NCBI RefSeq assembly: GCF_001194135.2
Contig: NC_068982.1
Span: 66,744,220-66,776,688, forward strand
Direction: 5' to 3'
From: Octopus bimaculoides
Taxonomy: Eukaryota
DNA length: 32,469 bases
Both the position numbers and the translations under genes were made by a program. The notes under the pieces are model-generated. The model had not been told where the DNA came from. It saw nothing but the letters and a program-made list of their open reading frames with translations, and did not search any database. Of this stretch, positions 30,723 to 32,469 are shown piece after piece (position 1 is the stretch's first letter; every line of letters begins with the position of its first letter).

Positions 30723-31405
30723 GAGAGGAAATCAAATTTGACAATAAGAATCTGAAACTGTTAATTTAAAATATGTTGGAGGTAAAGGATATATTGTATG
30801 ATTGTATTATTAAATTATGGAAATCAAGATTATTTTAAGTTTTATTGACTTTTGTTTCTCTTTATTCTCTTGTGTATTTTGTACAAAAATAAATGTGGAA
30901 TTTAGACATTTTGATTAATGAATCACACTAGATAAGACAAGATACCAAGCCTTATTACTGGCTGGTGAAATAAACATAGGATGCTTGACCCATGCAAAAA
31001 CTGCAGGAACTACTCAGAGATATTGCAAGCTCATCTTTTGAACCCATCACAATGTTGGAAACCCTTCTATATCATCAGCAGGTACCTCAGGGTCACAAGC
31101 ATTTTGTAGAATTCTTAAAATAAAGTAATATCATGTCTTGAGAGATGGGTTTTAACATTTTGGGTAGAGAACTCTCATTCAAATAAATGATTTAATTTTA
31201 TTAAATAAATAAGGATTTGAATAAACTAGCATATCTACAAACATTTTAATAACATACTCTACATATCTACTGTAGAATTTAGAACAAATTATCAACTTAT
31301 GCAAGATTTTTCGTAATATTTCGCAGTAGAGTAAATTATCTTAGGGCCATTTACTAAGATTCCAAAAAGTTAGCAATGAATCATAAACAGAATTATTATT
31401 AACAA

Positions 31406-31626
31406 GGCGACAAGCTAGCAGAAATGTTAGCATGCCAGACAAAATGCTTAGCTGTATTTCATCTGTCTTAACATTCTGAGTTCAAATTCTGCTGAGGTCG
31501 ACTTTGCCTTTCATCCTTTTGGGGGTCGATAAATTAAGAACCAGTGAAACACTGGGGTTGATGAAATCGACTATCCTCTCCCCCAAATTTCAGGCCTTGT
31601 GCCTATAGTAGAAAGGATTATTATTA
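31406..31626 (+). mobile_element. tRNA-derived SINE family C with Deu/Nin-like core, near full length
   Basis: B-box-like gagttcaaattc; core gcctttcatcctttt.ggggtcgataaatt..aaccag resembles the Deu/Nin domain (from memory); attattatta on both flanks (31392-31401 and 31617-31626). Confidence 0.8.
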
Positions 31627-31675
31627 CCATGAAATATTTTCTAAATGGCTCAATGAAAACAAAGTAATAATGTGT

Positions 31676-31699
31676 ATACACACACACACACACACACAC
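31676..31699. repeat. (CA)n microsatellite
   Basis: Direct reading. Confidence 0.95.
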
Positions 31700-32469
31700 T
31701 ACGTATCTGTTATAGAAAAAAGTATTTTAAAATAACATTTTTCACTTATTTTTTCCAATAAAAAAAAACAAAAGTTAAATTATATATCATTGATCTGTTT
31801 TAAATCAGCTTATCATTTTTATGAAATCATTAAAAAAGAAAAAAAATTTCCTTTCCATATACTTTTCATAGTGCCAAATTTGTGATGCAGTTTACATTTT
31901 TACTGAAGCTGTCCATGATTCTAATGCACTGCTCCAACCAGATGTATGTTGAGAGAAAACAGGAGTTTCTGTTTAAATTCATAACGGCATAATATTTCAA
32001 ATAGTGAAATAATACCAGGATATTGGTCATTTAGAAATTGTGGTGGTGGAATCAAAAATTTGTGAAAGAAAAATCTGCTTGTGATTAGTAGATTGAAGTA
32101 AATTTTGGTTTTTCTCTATCAACATTTTGGACTTGGTACAAAAAAAAAAGAATGAAATTGATTGAAAAAAAAAAAAGCAATAAAAACCTTTCATTTGAAA
32201 ATATCTTTCCAGGCTATTTTAGGGTGAGTTATTTTACTATAAAGCATTTTTCAATATTTGAAGAAGAAATGCTTTTTGATTTTATAAATGTATAATTTGC
32301 CTTAAAACTGAAATGTTTATTTTTATTGCTCAGCCTATTAAAGATATAATTTTAATAAATACTATTTGTTTCATTTTCTTTTTCTGTTATTGAAAGTTTC
32401 TGATAGAAATTAAATTCATTCATTAAATATGATTGATTCTGATTCAGGACAATCTTTGAAAAAAAAAAT

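Noticed and set aside
10045-31626. tRNA genes suggested by A/B-box-like motifs
   Set aside because: All are SINE heads without a complete cloverleaf, and they continue into SINE bodies.

Overview
Eukaryotic, AT-rich genomic DNA with two assembly gaps (2722-3592, 5722-5731). The repeat landscape suggests an octopus-type coleoid cephalopod; this is an inference from the SINE/RTE/MITE families and microsatellite load. The window holds the 3' part of one + strand gene, a MAGUK p55-subfamily protein most similar to MPP2/MPP6(PALS2)/Drosophila varicose. Eleven GT-AG exons (838-987, 6478-6556, 8348-8496, 12919-13050, 15522-15630, 17330-17383, 19127-19288, 22051-22253, 24711-24827, 25191-25211, 27938-28114) join in frame to 1353 nt = 450 aa + TAA. 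They encode the end of L27, then PDZ, SH3, HOOK and GK, ending WVPSNWIY*. The 5' exons lie upstream of the window. Introns are packed with decayed mobile DNA: two RTE lineages (one with a PHD-like zinc finger, one BovB-like), several tRNA-derived SINE families, a Penelope-like remnant, mariner and maT/Tc1 remnants, and hAT and piggyBac-type MITEs. Nearly all ORFs in the supplied track are artefacts of microsatellites, N-gaps, intron read-through or TE fragments. I found no prokaryote-style novel system. The best leads are RNA-level: a pre-miRNA-shaped intronic hairpin (24065-24150), a ~235-nt foldback (5858-6092), a minimal hammerhead-like motif (12486-12522), a 21-nt microexon, and direct and inverted repeat pairs that bracket individual exons.
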